Source: a virus
Taxonomy: Duplodnaviria; Caudoviricetes
DNA: 64,000 nt
Reading direction: 5' to 3' (one strand)
Virus record (IMG/VR): IMGVR_UViG_3300042452_000781
Coordinates: 582-64,581 of that record
Under the pieces are notes generated by a model. It was not told the origin of the DNA. It saw only the letters and a list, made by a program, of their open reading frames with translations, and ran no database searches. This document shows, piece after piece, positions 19,566-32,200 of this stretch (position 1 is the stretch's first letter; every line of letters starts with the position of its first letter). Made by a program: the position numbers and the translations under genes.

Positions 19566-22500
19566 TTACCGACCAGCAAGAGTCCTGGCTACATTATTTA
19601 ATTGATTGAGATCGGAAACACTATTAATATTTTTAATTCCAGCTTCATTCCTTAGTTGTTCTACCGTGAATGATGTGCCATTTTTTGCATTAATACTATC
19701 AACCAATCTTTGTCCCTCAGCGGAAGCTGTAATTTTACTACTGCGGAGATCAATAACCCCATTTGACCAGGGGGTTGGTACTTGTACTGCCGGCGCTGGA
19801 GGTGGACTGGCTACTACGGCTGCAGGCGGGGAATAATATTCGGGTACACTTGGGGGCGTATAAACTGGAGGAGTATAAACTGGAGGAGTATAATAAACCG
19901 GAGTAGCTGGTTCATTAACAACTGGGGGTGAATAATAATTTGTATCATTTTGAGGTGGATAATAAATTGGTGTAATTGGAGGTGTGGGTGTTTGAGGGGG
20001 CTCATTTCTAACTATATTTTGTTCAATTGAGTCTAGTCTACCTGACGAGTAGTATTTTTCCTCAGAAAATGTTGTAGCCGCTCCATCAATTGAAGAATTT
20101 GTCGGGCTATTGGTTAATCTAAAAACTCTTGTTCCACTTTCAAATGAAGGATTTTCATTGATATTTCTATCTGGGATAAAAAAGCAACCAATTAAATCAC
20201 CTGAACTATCTGTTACTAACTTAATATTAGAATTAATTATAGCTTCAGCTCCTGAGGTTTGCCCCTTAAGAGTCATTCCACTATCAATATAACCACCAAA
20301 ATCACCCTGAACCATATTAGCCAGACTATAGGTATCAACATTTAAAATGGTAGTTGTTGATGAATAAAATTCAGGAATGGTTTTATCTGATGAATATGGA
20401 TTTTGTTTGTATGTTACTGTTGGTGCATTATATGGCCCAAATTTGTGGTTACTGGATGCACATCTAAATTTAATTTTTGCAGAGGTATTACTGTTTGTTC
20501 CAACTATAACTTCGCCAGAACTAAATGTTCCACTAACCATTGATATTTCTATTAGTTTGGGTACTATAAATTTATCAAAAGATCTTCCATCAAAATAAGG
20601 ATATAATCTAGTTAAAGTCTTCATTCTTTTGGCAGTAAATTCAACATTTCTAGAGCGAAGATATGGAATAACTTGACTACTAAGAATACTATTGCCACTA
20701 GACCATATGCTAGATATGGAATCCCATAGAACTGGATTAAAGCCGGCTTGCGGGTCAAGACCAAGTGCTGAGATCTGTTGTGGGGAAGGTGTATAATTTG
20801 AGGCTACCGTAACATTTTTTGTAGAAACTGTTACTTGGTCGGCCCATACATCTGAAGATGGATAGAGTATGATAGTGCCGCTAAATGTATTATTGCGATA
20901 AGAAGCAACATTGTCAACCCTAGTTGAATAGGGTTGAACAATTTCTACAACTTCATCATAATCTAATGTTAGTAGCTCTCCGGTTTTCTTTACATTTGAT
21001 CCGATTAAATCATTTGAATATTTTAGGTCTACAAGAGTATCTGCAACTGTTCCTATTCCTACAATGGAATTTGATGCAATAATTAAATCTAATTCGGTTG
21101 TATAGTGGCTAGGGCGAAGTTCACTGTTGGTAATATCAATACTGTTTTTTATGATTGTATCTTTTTGTTGAGTGGTTGATGAATTAAAATTATCAACAAA
21201 GAAGCCTGACTTAAATCTATTTAATCCTGAAGTGTCTGGAATGAATAGATTGGCCGTATCTGTCTCAAGTAGAGTCAAAGACGTGTAATATTCTAAATTA
21301 TAAATTCGGTCTTCAAGATTTTTAATATCTTCCATTCTGTATCTTTTATGAGATACAAGTTGTATATTTACATCATCAGTATTGCAGAGATATGCTGGCA
21401 GATAAATTGAGGCAATTTCTAGTGCATTATCGATAGAATTTGGTGGTTGTGGAGATTCCGCTGGAACTCCTACTACTAATTGAATTTGACTATTTTTTGT
21501 TAAAAATAGCTTATCATACCTAGGTAGATAAAAAGAATAATCAAGATTAATGGATTCATCGGATGCTAAAATATTTTTAGGATTGGATGAGCTATTTGAA
21601 AAATCTCTGCCTAAAAATTCAAAAGGAGATCTTGAGTTCTCTAATACGTTATATTGTGATACCCTCGGCCTTACATCTATAATATCTGTTAATGAAATTC
21701 CATCTACTTTGCCCAGTTCACAGTAATCAAAATTCCTATAGGAATTTGAGGTCACAATATCTCCAACATCTGAATTTAAATAATTAGCAGACTCAAATAT
21801 TACCGTTATTCTTTTATTTGGTTCCCTTGCAGTTGGATTTCTGGAAATTTTTGAATAATCATAGATTGTGGATTTTTGACCAGAATCAAATGAAAAATGT
21901 GAAGTAATGTCAGAATCCCCGTTTTCACTTGCTGATATAGTTGCAGTAACCCCGGTTTCCTGGAAGGTTATAGATTCATTTATATTAAAATTAGCAGAAT
22001 TTAAATAAACAAAATTAATACTAAGATCATTAACTGGCCTAATGAGAACCCCAACCGCATTTGAGATCGTTCCAATAAACTTTTCTCCAATAAGAAGATC
22101 TCCAGTTTTATTTGTCTGACCATTAATCATGGAAAGATTTAGTTTGGGTAGGGTCGCAGAATTTACCGTGGATGATTCAAACACGCCATAAATTTTAGTA
22201 ACATCTGGAGTGAGTAAACAAATGTCATTATCTTGAACCCGTGATCCATATGGATAATTCCCATAAACAAGCCCGTCATTTAATGTGGTAGTGCCTATAC
22301 CAGATGCACTGTATTTTGACTTATCAAACGTAACAATATTGATTCTATTTTTGTATTTTACTTTCTCGTTAATGTTTACTTTTCTTAGAGTTGCAATAAG
22401 TTTTGCATTTGAATTATTACCAAGGCCGCTTATAGTTAAAGTTGAAGAGCCATTCCCAAATGTAAATTTGTCTGGAGATAATACTTCAGTTGTTCCATCT

Positions 22501-24707
22501 TCTCTGATTAAAACGTAACGTTCTTCATCAAATGGTAGGAAAGTTTCGTTTGAATCTGCTGAAATTGGACCAACGGCGTTTGAGGTTATAGTAACATTGA
22601 ACTGTTTTCGGATTACTAAACTAGAATTCGAAAGATTTACATTTGATACTTTATCTTTTGGTATTTTTGTATATAGCGTATTATCCTGAGATTTTGCAAA
22701 TTGTGAAGAAAGAATAGTAAAATCTGAGGGATTAATTGTAGTTGTAGGTAGTTTACCATCACAGATACCCGCTACAGAAGTTACTCCAACTATTGTTAGA
22801 TTTTTAGGGTTGACTTTAGTTACTCTTGCAAATGTGCTGGTTGTTAAGCCGGGAGACGAAAAAGCTACAATATTTCCAACGTTGACGTTTCCAACAAACG
22901 TATCCGAGGTTCGGGTTACGGTTGAAATTCCACTTCCAGAATCAACGGGGCTTATATTTACTTGACCAATTTGTAAATTATTATATTGTTTGACATCTGC
23001 CGTGAATGTGTATGCAGTCCCGACCACACCATATACAGACTTTACATCATTTAAAGAATAAGAAGTAACGGCTGTGGATACTCTAGTATTTTCAATACCA
23101 TTAAAGGCGAGTTTTTCGCCTACAGCGAACGTGCCCCTAATATCATAAACAGTTGTAATTCCGCTATTTCTTGAATCATAACGCAGAAACCCTGTTGCTC
23201 CACTTGATTTTCCTAGAACTTGGCATGGTATATTGTAGAGCGTGTTGCTATCTAAATTCTGATTGAGAGTTATTTCAGTATATACCTGAACATCAAATAA
23301 AGAAATATCCCACTCATTTAGGTTGGGGTTAGATGAAGAATATGAACCAGATTCTAGAGCAAAGTCATACACCCGTGCTAGACCTATTTCTTTTCCGGCT
23401 GCTACAGTTTGAACATTATCTATTCTTGAGTCCCTAAGACTTAAAGTATAGTTTGTTGAAATGCCAATGTTAGGAGTTCCATAAACTCTGTTCAGAGTTA
23501 GGCTAGAGCCGGTATAATATACAAGCTCTTGCTTTTCTAACAATTTAGTTGTTCTTGGTTTTAGAAAATCAATAAAAGATGGGCTTATCGTTTTTGACTC
23601 GTATCCCTGAACATATGCCTTTACTGGCGATATGTGATAAATACCTAATTCTTCGCTAGGTGTATTTCCACTATAGGTTACATCTGAAGAATTGTAAATA
23701 CCATTATTACCCAAAAGGTTATTTAAGGATTCACTAATTGATACTACAGGTGGGCTTATATAATAATTTCCAGATTCATCAAATGTTCTTTTAGCAAATT
23801 CCTGCTCTAAAATATTATATGATGAAACTTCTTGAGTATCTATTAGGTTTCCATTTTTAATTTCTAAAAGTTGAACGAAATTGCTAGGCTTATCTTCATT
23901 TGTTCCGTATTTTGTTAGAATTAACTGAATGGATAGCCTGTCGGCGCCGGGTGCAGTATAGTTTGGTGATCCATTGGCATTATCAAGGAGTTCAATTTTA
24001 TTAAAAGAATTAATGATTGATTCCTCAACAAAGAACCCCACCTTATATGATGGCGTGTTAGTATATTGACTTAATAGTAGAGTTTGCTTATAAACGTTTA
24101 CGAAATTTCCCCTAATAAAATAAACACCATCTGAAACTGTAACTGAGGATGCAATAGAATTGCAATTGCTTGTGATAGTGGCTGCAAAAGTTTCACCTGC
24201 CGTGAAAACAACGGTCTCTCCAGTCGAAATTGTTACATTGACAGAAGTGTCCAGTGTAATCTCTTCTCCATCTGTAAAAAGTTCGGCGGTTCCATTTGTA
24301 GAATCGGAACCAATATATTTCAGATAAAGAGAAGCATTCCCTCTTAGTGATTCGTTTTGCGTTCTAACTAATATTAATTTTGCCCTAATACCACTCGTTT
24401 TGCCTATAATAGTTTTACCAACTAATAGTGGAATGTAGGTAGATACACTAATTCCGTTATAAGAATTTTGAAGCTCTACTACTTGTAAATTATTATCGTA
24501 ATCAATATTACCCGGAATTACAATAGAACCTTCTTTGAAAACATGACTTCCAAATTTTTCAATTTGATCTTGTAAGATTGATTGTAAATTATTAACTTCT
24601 CTTGCCTGGACTGGCTTTGATGGCTTAAAAAGAACACGATGATAATTATCCTTAGGATCAAAATCATCGTTATATGGAGTAATATTTAAATTTGTTTCCT
24701 GGGGCAT
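19566..24707 (-). CDS. VrlC/DUF4815-like virion protein, N-terminal part
   Basis: MPQETNLN..PY.DDFD, VQARE.NNLQSILQ, APGADR, RTFDESGNY, LEYYTSL.LLE and RFKSGFFVDNF motifs; ends in a Pro-rich tail. Confidence 0.85.
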   Translation of the reverse strand: MPQETNLNITPYNDDFDPKDNYHRVLFKPSKPVQAREVNNLQSILQDQIEKFGSHVFKEGSIVIPGNIDYDNNLQVVELQNSYNGISVSTYIPLLVGKTIIGKTSGIRAKLILVRTQNESLRGNASLYLKYIGSDSTNGTAELFTDGEEITLDTSVNVTISTGETVVFTAGETFAATITSNCNSIASSVTVSDGVYFIRGNFVNVYKQTLLLSQYTNTPSYKVGFFVEESIINSFNKIELLDNANGSPNYTAPGADRLSIQLILTKYGTNEDKPSNFVQLLEIKNGNLIDTQEVSSYNILEQEFAKRTFDESGNYYISPPVVSISESLNNLLGNNGIYNSSDVTYSGNTPSEELGIYHISPVKAYVQGYESKTISPSFIDFLKPRTTKLLEKQELVYYTGSSLTLNRVYGTPNIGISTNYTLSLRDSRIDNVQTVAAGKEIGLARVYDFALESGSYSSSNPNLNEWDISLFDVQVYTEITLNQNLDSNTLYNIPCQVLGKSSGATGFLRYDSRNSGITTVYDIRGTFAVGEKLAFNGIENTRVSTAVTSYSLNDVKSVYGVVGTAYTFTADVKQYNNLQIGQVNISPVDSGSGISTVTRTSDTFVGNVNVGNIVAFSSPGLTTSTFARVTKVNPKNLTIVGVTSVAGICDGKLPTTTINPSDFTILSSQFAKSQDNTLYTKIPKDKVSNVNLSNSSLVIRKQFNVTITSNAVGPISADSNETFLPFDEERYVLIREDGTTEVLSPDKFTFGNGSSTLTISGLGNNSNAKLIATLRKVNINEKVKYKNRINIVTFDKSKYSASGIGTTTLNDGLVYGNYPYGSRVQDNDICLLTPDVTKIYGVFESSTVNSATLPKLNLSMINGQTNKTGDLLIGEKFIGTISNAVGVLIRPVNDLSINFVYLNSANFNINESITFQETGVTATISASENGDSDITSHFSFDSGQKSTIYDYSKISRNPTAREPNKRITVIFESANYLNSDVGDIVTSNSYRNFDYCELGKVDGISLTDIIDVRPRVSQYNVLENSRSPFEFLGRDFSNSSSNPKNILASDESINLDYSFYLPRYDKLFLTKNSQIQLVVGVPAESPQPPNSIDNALEIASIYLPAYLCNTDDVNIQLVSHKRYRMEDIKNLEDRIYNLEYYTSLTLLETDTANLFIPDTSGLNRFKSGFFVDNFNSSTTQQKDTIIKNSIDITNSELRPSHYTTELDLIIASNSIVGIGTVADTLVDLKYSNDLIGSNVKKTGELLTLDYDEVVEIVQPYSTRVDNVASYRNNTFSGTIILYPSSDVWADQVTVSTKNVTVASNYTPSPQQISALGLDPQAGFNPVLWDSISSIWSSGNSILSSQVIPYLRSRNVEFTAKRMKTLTRLYPYFDGRSFDKFIVPKLIEISMVSGTFSSGEVIVGTNSNTSAKIKFRCASSNHKFGPYNAPTVTYKQNPYSSDKTIPEFYSSTTTILNVDTYSLANMVQGDFGGYIDSGMTLKGQTSGAEAIINSNIKLVTDSSGDLIGCFFIPDRNINENPSFESGTRVFRLTNSPTNSSIDGAATTFSEEKYYSSGRLDSIEQNIVRNEPPQTPTPPITPIYYPPQNDTNYYSPPVVNEPATPVYYTPPVYTPPVYTPPSVPEYYSPPAAVVASPPPAPAVQVPTPWSNGVIDLRSSKITASAEGQRLVDSINAKNGTSFTVEQLRNEAGIKNINSVSDLNQLNNVARTLAGR

Positions 24708-24713
24708 TGGGAG

Positions 24714-26261
24714 TTAGAATAGCAAAATTACTTTAACGTCTTCTTGTTGATTGATAGACCTTGGTGTAGATGGCCGGTTGTCAACATGAATAATATCTCC
24801 AGAATATTTCTTTACTTCGGGATTTGATATACCATTTGTAAAGTTTTGCCCCAGATAATTATTATTTATTGTATTATAGTCGCCGTTAAAAGTATTGTCA
24901 ATCGGTACAACACTAGAATTACAAATTAGATTAAGTGAACCGTCTTGGGTGGGGGTGCTAGTGAAGTTGTTTAAGTTAAAACCATAAGTTGGGGATGAAT
25001 TTTGGGAACCATCTCGATTAAACCCAGCTAGAGAACGGTCTTGCCAGTACCTTAAAACATTATTCGTGTAATCAAATGATGCAACTCTTCCAATAGCCGT
25101 TGCCCCCACTCCAATAGTCTGAGTAAAAGTTGAATTTGCCGGAAATGTACCAGAATTCAAATTTGTCCCTGAAACTTTAATTGCGGATAATGCACTGGCT
25201 CGGTCAGTATTTAATAAGGTTGTTGAGCCAAATGTTTGGGCATTTTTCACTATTCCAAATCTTGCGGTTTGATTTCCTGTAATAAAATCAGGATTTGTTG
25301 GGTCATTCTCAAATCTAGCATATAGCATCACCTTTGATGCACCAAGCTCTCGGTAAATATCGTAACCATGACCACCCTTTGGCGGAATGATTACATTAAA
25401 CACTGGAGTCAAAGTTCCAACTTGAATATTGACAGAACTCAAATCAACTGTACCATAGGTATAACCAGTTCCACCTTTAGTCACGGTTATAGAATCAACT
25501 TTTGAATCATTGTTGACGACAACTGTTGCTTCTGCACCATAACCATCTCCTACAATTTTAACTTTGCTGTAGGCAGTGTTTGGGGCACCAACGGACACTC
25601 CTCTATTCGCAATAGTGATAATTTTTATTTGTCCCCCATTGATGGCATTATTTCTTATTGGAGAGTATTCTGCATTTGTTTCCCAGTCCGATGGGACTGG
25701 AATATAATTTGCAGTAACAAACTTAATAATATCACTAGGTTTAATTGTATAAAGGTATTTCCATATGTACCCATCTCCACCATCTCCTGCACCTCTTGGT
25801 TCCAAATCTGTAAAAGTGGGCTCATTTAATGATGGTCTACCATTAGGATTTTCGGGGTCAGCTCCATTGAAAAGACAAATATAAACTTTATAGTCCTCAT
25901 TGACTACATAATATCCCGAAGCATAAAGGCTAGTTGCACCAGACGGTCTAGAAACATTAGTTCTGGTAATGTCATTACGATACATATCATAAATTGTACC
26001 AGATGCCCATGTTGAGTTTTTAATTATAAGTCTAACATTATTCGTATATATTTTTTTAAGTGCGATCATTGTATCCCAATAATCGTTCTCTTGGTCAAAA
26101 CTGTCTTTCGGGGCGGGCGGATTTGCATTCCAGGTGGATTGATACTCCGTTGCATTCGGAAGGCCAATAAAAGTATAATAGGTGTCTCTACCAGTAGACA
26201 CAGAATTTACAAAGTTCTTTGCCAGTGATATTCTATGTTGTTCAGTGACTATTGCAGACAT
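24714..26261 (-). CDS. gp8: baseplate wedge protein gp8
   Basis: MSAIVT, Y.FIGLP, YKVYICL.NG, DGYIWKYLYTI, PP.GGHG and EDVKVIL.F motifs. Confidence 0.92.
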   Translation of the reverse strand: MSAIVTEQHRISLAKNFVNSVSTGRDTYYTFIGLPNATEYQSTWNANPPAPKDSFDQENDYWDTMIALKKIYTNNVRLIIKNSTWASGTIYDMYRNDITRTNVSRPSGATSLYASGYYVVNEDYKVYICLFNGADPENPNGRPSLNEPTFTDLEPRGAGDGGDGYIWKYLYTIKPSDIIKFVTANYIPVPSDWETNAEYSPIRNNAINGGQIKIITIANRGVSVGAPNTAYSKVKIVGDGYGAEATVVVNNDSKVDSITVTKGGTGYTYGTVDLSSVNIQVGTLTPVFNVIIPPKGGHGYDIYRELGASKVMLYARFENDPTNPDFITGNQTARFGIVKNAQTFGSTTLLNTDRASALSAIKVSGTNLNSGTFPANSTFTQTIGVGATAIGRVASFDYTNNVLRYWQDRSLAGFNRDGSQNSSPTYGFNLNNFTSTPTQDGSLNLICNSSVVPIDNTFNGDYNTINNNYLGQNFTNGISNPEVKKYSGDIIHVDNRPSTPRSINQQEDVKVILLF

Positions 26262-26279
26262 ATTATTCTTTTTAGCTAT

Positions 26280-29200
26280 TTATGTGTAATTTTTATATTT
26301 GAGGGGATTAATTCTTTTGATTATGGGTGATGTATTTATTCCAGAAATTCCATTAGTATAAACTGTAAATTTGTCGGATGAAACTCCATCAGGAATTGTA
26401 ATTCTACCCCAACTATAAGTCCCATAAAAATTTGTCGCGGCAATACCAATATTGTTATTTTCCACTGATGTTATAACTCTAGCAATAGAGGTTGTTCCAA
26501 TTCCCGAAACAACTGTACTGGCAATTGAAACTGAGGAAACTCTATAGACATTATCGAGATAGGTTGTTCCGGTTGAAATTAAAGAGCCGTTTTCATCTAA
26601 CGATTTGATCCCATTGCCAAGGTGGGAATTTTTAACCACGAAATAGTATCCGGTTTGAATACCACTAACTGTAATTGCAGTGCCCACAATATTTGAATTT
26701 CTAAGGAATGAATCTTGCGGTATAAAGAGATCAAATATGAGAGCCGTTGATGCAATTCCAACTGAAGAAGTACCTATGCCTGAAATTAACCCGAAATCAC
26801 CAGTATAGTTGCCGGCAGTTACGTCCTCGAAAATATTCTTAGGATTTTCAATCATAACTTGCGGCAGGGAAGTGAAAGTATAACCTACTCCGGGGGAGTT
26901 TATGGTTATTGAACTTATTGAACCTGATGAAATAAATGCAGTAGCATATGCTCTTGATGCAGTTGTAAATCCAACCGGAATCGGAAATGAAATTGCAGGA
27001 GAAGTAGCATAACCTTTCCCACCATCTATTGGTGTTGCAGAAACGATGGAACCTAAATTTGATACGGTTACAGTGGCAATAGCAACTCTAACTTCATCTT
27101 GAGAAACTATTCTCAATTTGTTTCTATAATCCAGAACGGTATTTTCCCGCTCATCATCAAATATGGTTCTAACATTCTCAACGAATAGTATATTTGTATT
27201 AATACCAACCGTTTTGATAATATTTGTTGTTGGTTCTATAATATCCTCATAGATTTCTCTATTTTTGGTAACTTCAGTTTGATTTATGAAGAGATCTTCA
27301 GTCTGCTTCCTCCATCTTATTGGTCTAGTATAAGATTCATCTTCGGCCACTCCGGCTCCACTGTATGTGATAGTGTTAACTGTATCAGATGAGGGTACGC
27401 CCGTAACTAACCTATCAGTTTCGGCATAATAAAAATCATCTTCCAATCTAACTAAATCTCCAGGTTTTACTGTTTCCACAACATCAACATCAATAACGTC
27501 GTTTGACCCAGAACCTCGATAAAATAGAATTGCACATGAATAATTTTCTCTGGGGGGCTCGCTAAATGTTATAAAACTGCTACCGGTAATGGAATAACTC
27601 TCACCTGGGATTTGGAGAATACCATTTATAAAAACAAGAAAAATGGTGTTGATGTCAATTAGTGAATTATAACCAGCCCGAATACTTCTTAATTCTTCAT
27701 CAATTTTGAGGGGGAAGGAACGTCTATTTCCATCAAATAGAATTTCAATTGAGTCAATAAGTTGTAATTGACCAAAAGACCACCCGGAAAATTCATTATT
27801 ATAAATCTCATCCACTAGAATTTTAAAATCAGAATATTGTGGTCCGGCTGGTGGATCATCTTCGGTAGTAGTGATAGTAATTGTACCACCACTTTGCCTC
27901 GATAAAGGATCTGTCTTGACATTCGTAAAGGATGAATAGCGAAGTGTTCCAAGTTTATTTGATGCACCAAAGACTATATTATAGGTGCTACTGTTTAGTG
28001 TATTTTGATTCCCGCCATCAGAAACCCCCGGGGTAGAAGAGGTAGATTCGTTGATATATTGTGCAGTGCCAGTATTGGTTGCAGTGAACAATGAAACTGC
28101 ATTATTTACGCCACAAAAACTTTCTGTACCATCAAGATAAAACGAACCAAAAATAAGTTCAAAACGATTGGCCCAATTATGAACCTGGGCCAATCCCGAG
28201 GTGCCACCAGTAGAACTAGATGTAGCTGTATCAAAGTAATAATCAAATCTTTGTTCGCCTAATACACCTGTAGATTGGCCTAATGGTATCCAATTGCCTA
28301 CAGGAGCATAATTGCCAACCAAACCTGTGTAGATAAAGTTTCTTCTGTTGGGAATAGCTCCAGTATTCATTGCCCCACCTGCGGGGTTAAACTGCATTGG
28401 TCTAGTATTAGATATTAAATCTGGAACTGGCACATATGTAGCCCCAGAAGCGGTGAAAGTAAAGGTGATCGCACTACCAACCAGTGGAGGTGGAATTAGA
28501 GAAGATGGAATTCCTACAGTACCTCCAATAGCTACAGTTAAAATATCACCCTTTTTATAACCAAACCCACGATTAACAATTTCAACATCCACAACACTAG
28601 AGTTGATACCAACAGTAAGATTAGCTCTTGCTCCAGTTCCAATTCCAGAAGATAATAGTGGTATATTTACATAAGGAAGTGGTGCATCAAATCTTATTGT
28701 GGGTGGATTTGTAAATGTAAACCCAGCCCCCGGATTAGTCAGATTAACGGAAACTACGTTTCCATTTAGAACGGAAGCTATACCAACATTTTGGAAAGTA
28801 GATAAACCGGCGATTGGAGAATAAGCACTAATCATTACGGTTTGGAGACCAGATCTATAACCGGATCCCGCATTATTGATGGTTATAGATGTAATCGTCC
28901 CGGCTAAAGAAACGTTAGCAGTACCTCCGGCAGAAACTAGCGGTTGTATCCCATACCCACGACTATACCCGATAGAAACGATTACTCCCCCTATTGGTAG
29001 CCCGGATCCATTTACGTCATTCACCTGTGTTGCGGGGGCTCCTAGGAACCTTATAGACGATATTCCAGCGGTCTGTGAAATAGTGTAACTGTTGTATGCT
29101 CGGTTAAATCCGGTCAATTCGGAAGGAACTTGAAAAACTTCATTAATTAGTATTGAACCAGTATCTGTAGCAATTCCAGTAATATTTTGTGAATTACTTT

Positions 29201-32200
29201 TTAGAGTAAAAGTTGAAGAAATTCCGTTAAACCCACTAGAAATATCATCTAAAACAAAATTGGTATAATACGCATCATTTGGAGTATTTTTGATACCATT
29301 TCTCGTGAAAACTCTACCATTAAAATTGAGAAACGATGTAATGCCGACATAATCAACATCTTCGGGTGAGCCCCCAACTGTTCCCATTGGCGATGGTCCT
29401 TTAGGTGGCTCTACAAAATGTATAGTATTGTCAACAATATTGTAATTGCCTTGTATTTTATAAACTGTGGAATTTGCAGCATGGGTTGCGATACCGGTCC
29501 CAACCCAGGCTCGGTTAACTGCAACGCTATTGGTTGATGCAATTCCAACAGAAATTACTTTTACAATTTCATCATCAATTTTTGCATAATCGCCACTAGC
29601 GAAATCCCCAATGCCCTGGAAGGAAATTGTCGTAGAACCTAGCCCGACAAATGAATTAATTGTAGTTGAGGTAGCGGTCGCCACAATTGGAGATTGAATG
29701 ATACCACCTAGAGTTATGATAGCCTTACTGTTTTGGTTAGTTGATTTTAATATGTGTGTACTACCAATTCCAACACTTGAGAGAATGAGAGGTATTGGTT
29801 TACTTTTGATGGCATTTTCTGCACTACTAGCTAATGCTATTTCAGATTCGCTGTATTTTACGACATATAAATTTGAGGGTAATTTGTCAGTAACACCGAT
29901 TCCCGCGATATTAGTGCTTTGTATTCCTATTGGACCGCCGCTATAAGAATATGTAACTTTCTCACCATCAGCGAAGTAATGATTTGGTATTTTTATAATG
30001 TTATTTTGAATTTCAACAACAGATTGACTACTACCATCAAAATTTCTAAGAAAAATATTTCTATTACGACTGGTTAGGTCAAACTGGCGGGTAATTCCGT
30101 CAAATTTTGGACTAATATCATCAATAACTAGAACTCTATTTCCTACTACTAAAGAATAATCTTGTAATATTTTATTCTTAAAATAAATTTGATTAGATGC
30201 AAGATCCGTTCCAACTTTAAAATTATTTTCTGTGCCTAAATCATAATCAACAATAGCATTTAAGTCAACTTCTGAAATGCTGGATATATTGAGATTAAAA
30301 AGGGAATCATTTTGATCAGTATTGATACCACTTGACGGGGTGGATTCTACGATAAAATCTCCAAATTTTTTAAATCCAGCAATATGTGTTAGGCTACTGA
30401 CCGGATTTTTCCAGGTGCCATAGTCAATTTTAGATTTTAATGAATATGCAAAGGATTGATAATAATCACCGTCCTGGATTCTCTGAAATTCATTATCAAA
30501 AAATCCCTTTTCAGTATTCCAACCTTTTTTTACAATAGAGGATGAATTTGTGTTATATTTTGATTTAAAGTTATAGATTTTACTAACAGTCCCAAGCGAA
30601 AGGGAATCTGAGCCTGAAATTAATGCCCCAGGGTACAAATCATCGGTCGAAGAAAGTGTCAAGAGTTCATTATCTTCGTTCCAAAATTGGACGATTCCTG
30701 TGAAATTATTTGAGGTAACAATTTCGTCTTTTAGAAAAGAATTCTTGGTTAAATCAATTGTAAATTGTGGAAAGAATTTTTCTGGAACTACTGTCCCAGA
30801 TAAAACCGATGTATTGAATATTCCGGGGTATTCGCCCGCCGATAATTTGTCGGCCATGCTATAAGTAATAGAGCCATTAGATCCACCGATATTTGGATTA
30901 ATTTGTGTAATAGTGAATCTTGAATACTCATAAGAATATGAGTTATAACCTTTGGCCCCTGGATCTGTAATAATCGCAACATTTTCAATTAATACTTTAT
31001 CTCCAACCATAAAGGGGAAATCCGAAAGATTACTATACCCCTGATATAGAAATACTGTTACGTCTTTTGTGATAAAATTATATGTAATTGAATTTATTTG
31101 AATCCCATTTGAATTGTTTGTTGGAATAATTATGGGATCAACATTATTGATTCCCCTACTATTTTTAAATATCGTGACATCGCTATCTCCCAGTTCATAT
31201 CTTAGGTCTACATCTGGAACCCTTTTTAGTGTTAGACCATCCAATAAAACTAATGATGGAGGGAAAATATAATTTTTACCTTGAGACGCAATACCAACAC
31301 TTTTCAATGTCGTTTGAGGCTCTACCTTAAGAACTAATGGAGTTTGAGTTAATGGGCTCAAAGTCAAATCTGCTGGATAGTCATAGCCTATATCGTTTAT
31401 TTTTACACTGTTTATTCTCCCGATTGAACTACTAACAATCTCAAATATTGCATTAGATCCATTCTTGGTAATAACCGAACTGATTCCAGGGAGAAACTGG
31501 TATCCACCTCCACCTGAAGTGACAGTAATTCTGTCAATAGGTCCAGTTGCACTACTGGAATTTGTGATGTAGTTTACATTTCCATTATAGCTAGATTTTT
31601 CTGGAATATTTGGTATCGTATAAGAGAACGCAGTGGTGCCCACTCCGCTAACCACATAAGACCCAGAATAAGAACTTTCAACAAAGTTAATTTTGTTGTA
31701 ATTGTTATTATATTCTTTATCAGTATAAACTGTTTGGCCTGTTTTAGAAATTAAGTTATAATATAGCTCGTTTGGTAAATTGCCATCATTCGTTAGAGTA
31801 ACCTTTGCTACGGGGTCTATACCAATTTTTCCATTTTTGGTTAGGTTAAATGTGCTAGTTTCATATGTCGTGTAGAATTTATTGGCGAAATGGTAATCTG
31901 TAAAAATATCAAAATCAAATGAAGAGACTGTTTCAAATCCATTAAATTCGGAAAGAGAATGATCCGACAAGTCAAATATTATAGAATTACCACCAATAAC
32001 ATCAATACTTGGATTGATTTCTGAGAAAGCCCCCGGAGTGCTACCACTCAGTTCTACAAATTCCCTAGCTATTACTGCGCCATAGTAAGATCTACTCAGT
32101 CCAATTTTATCCGAATTGACGACAATTGTATAATAAATTCCATTATTTTCTAGTCCAATTGTTGGAGAATTTGAAGTATAGATTATCTTTTTACCACTAT

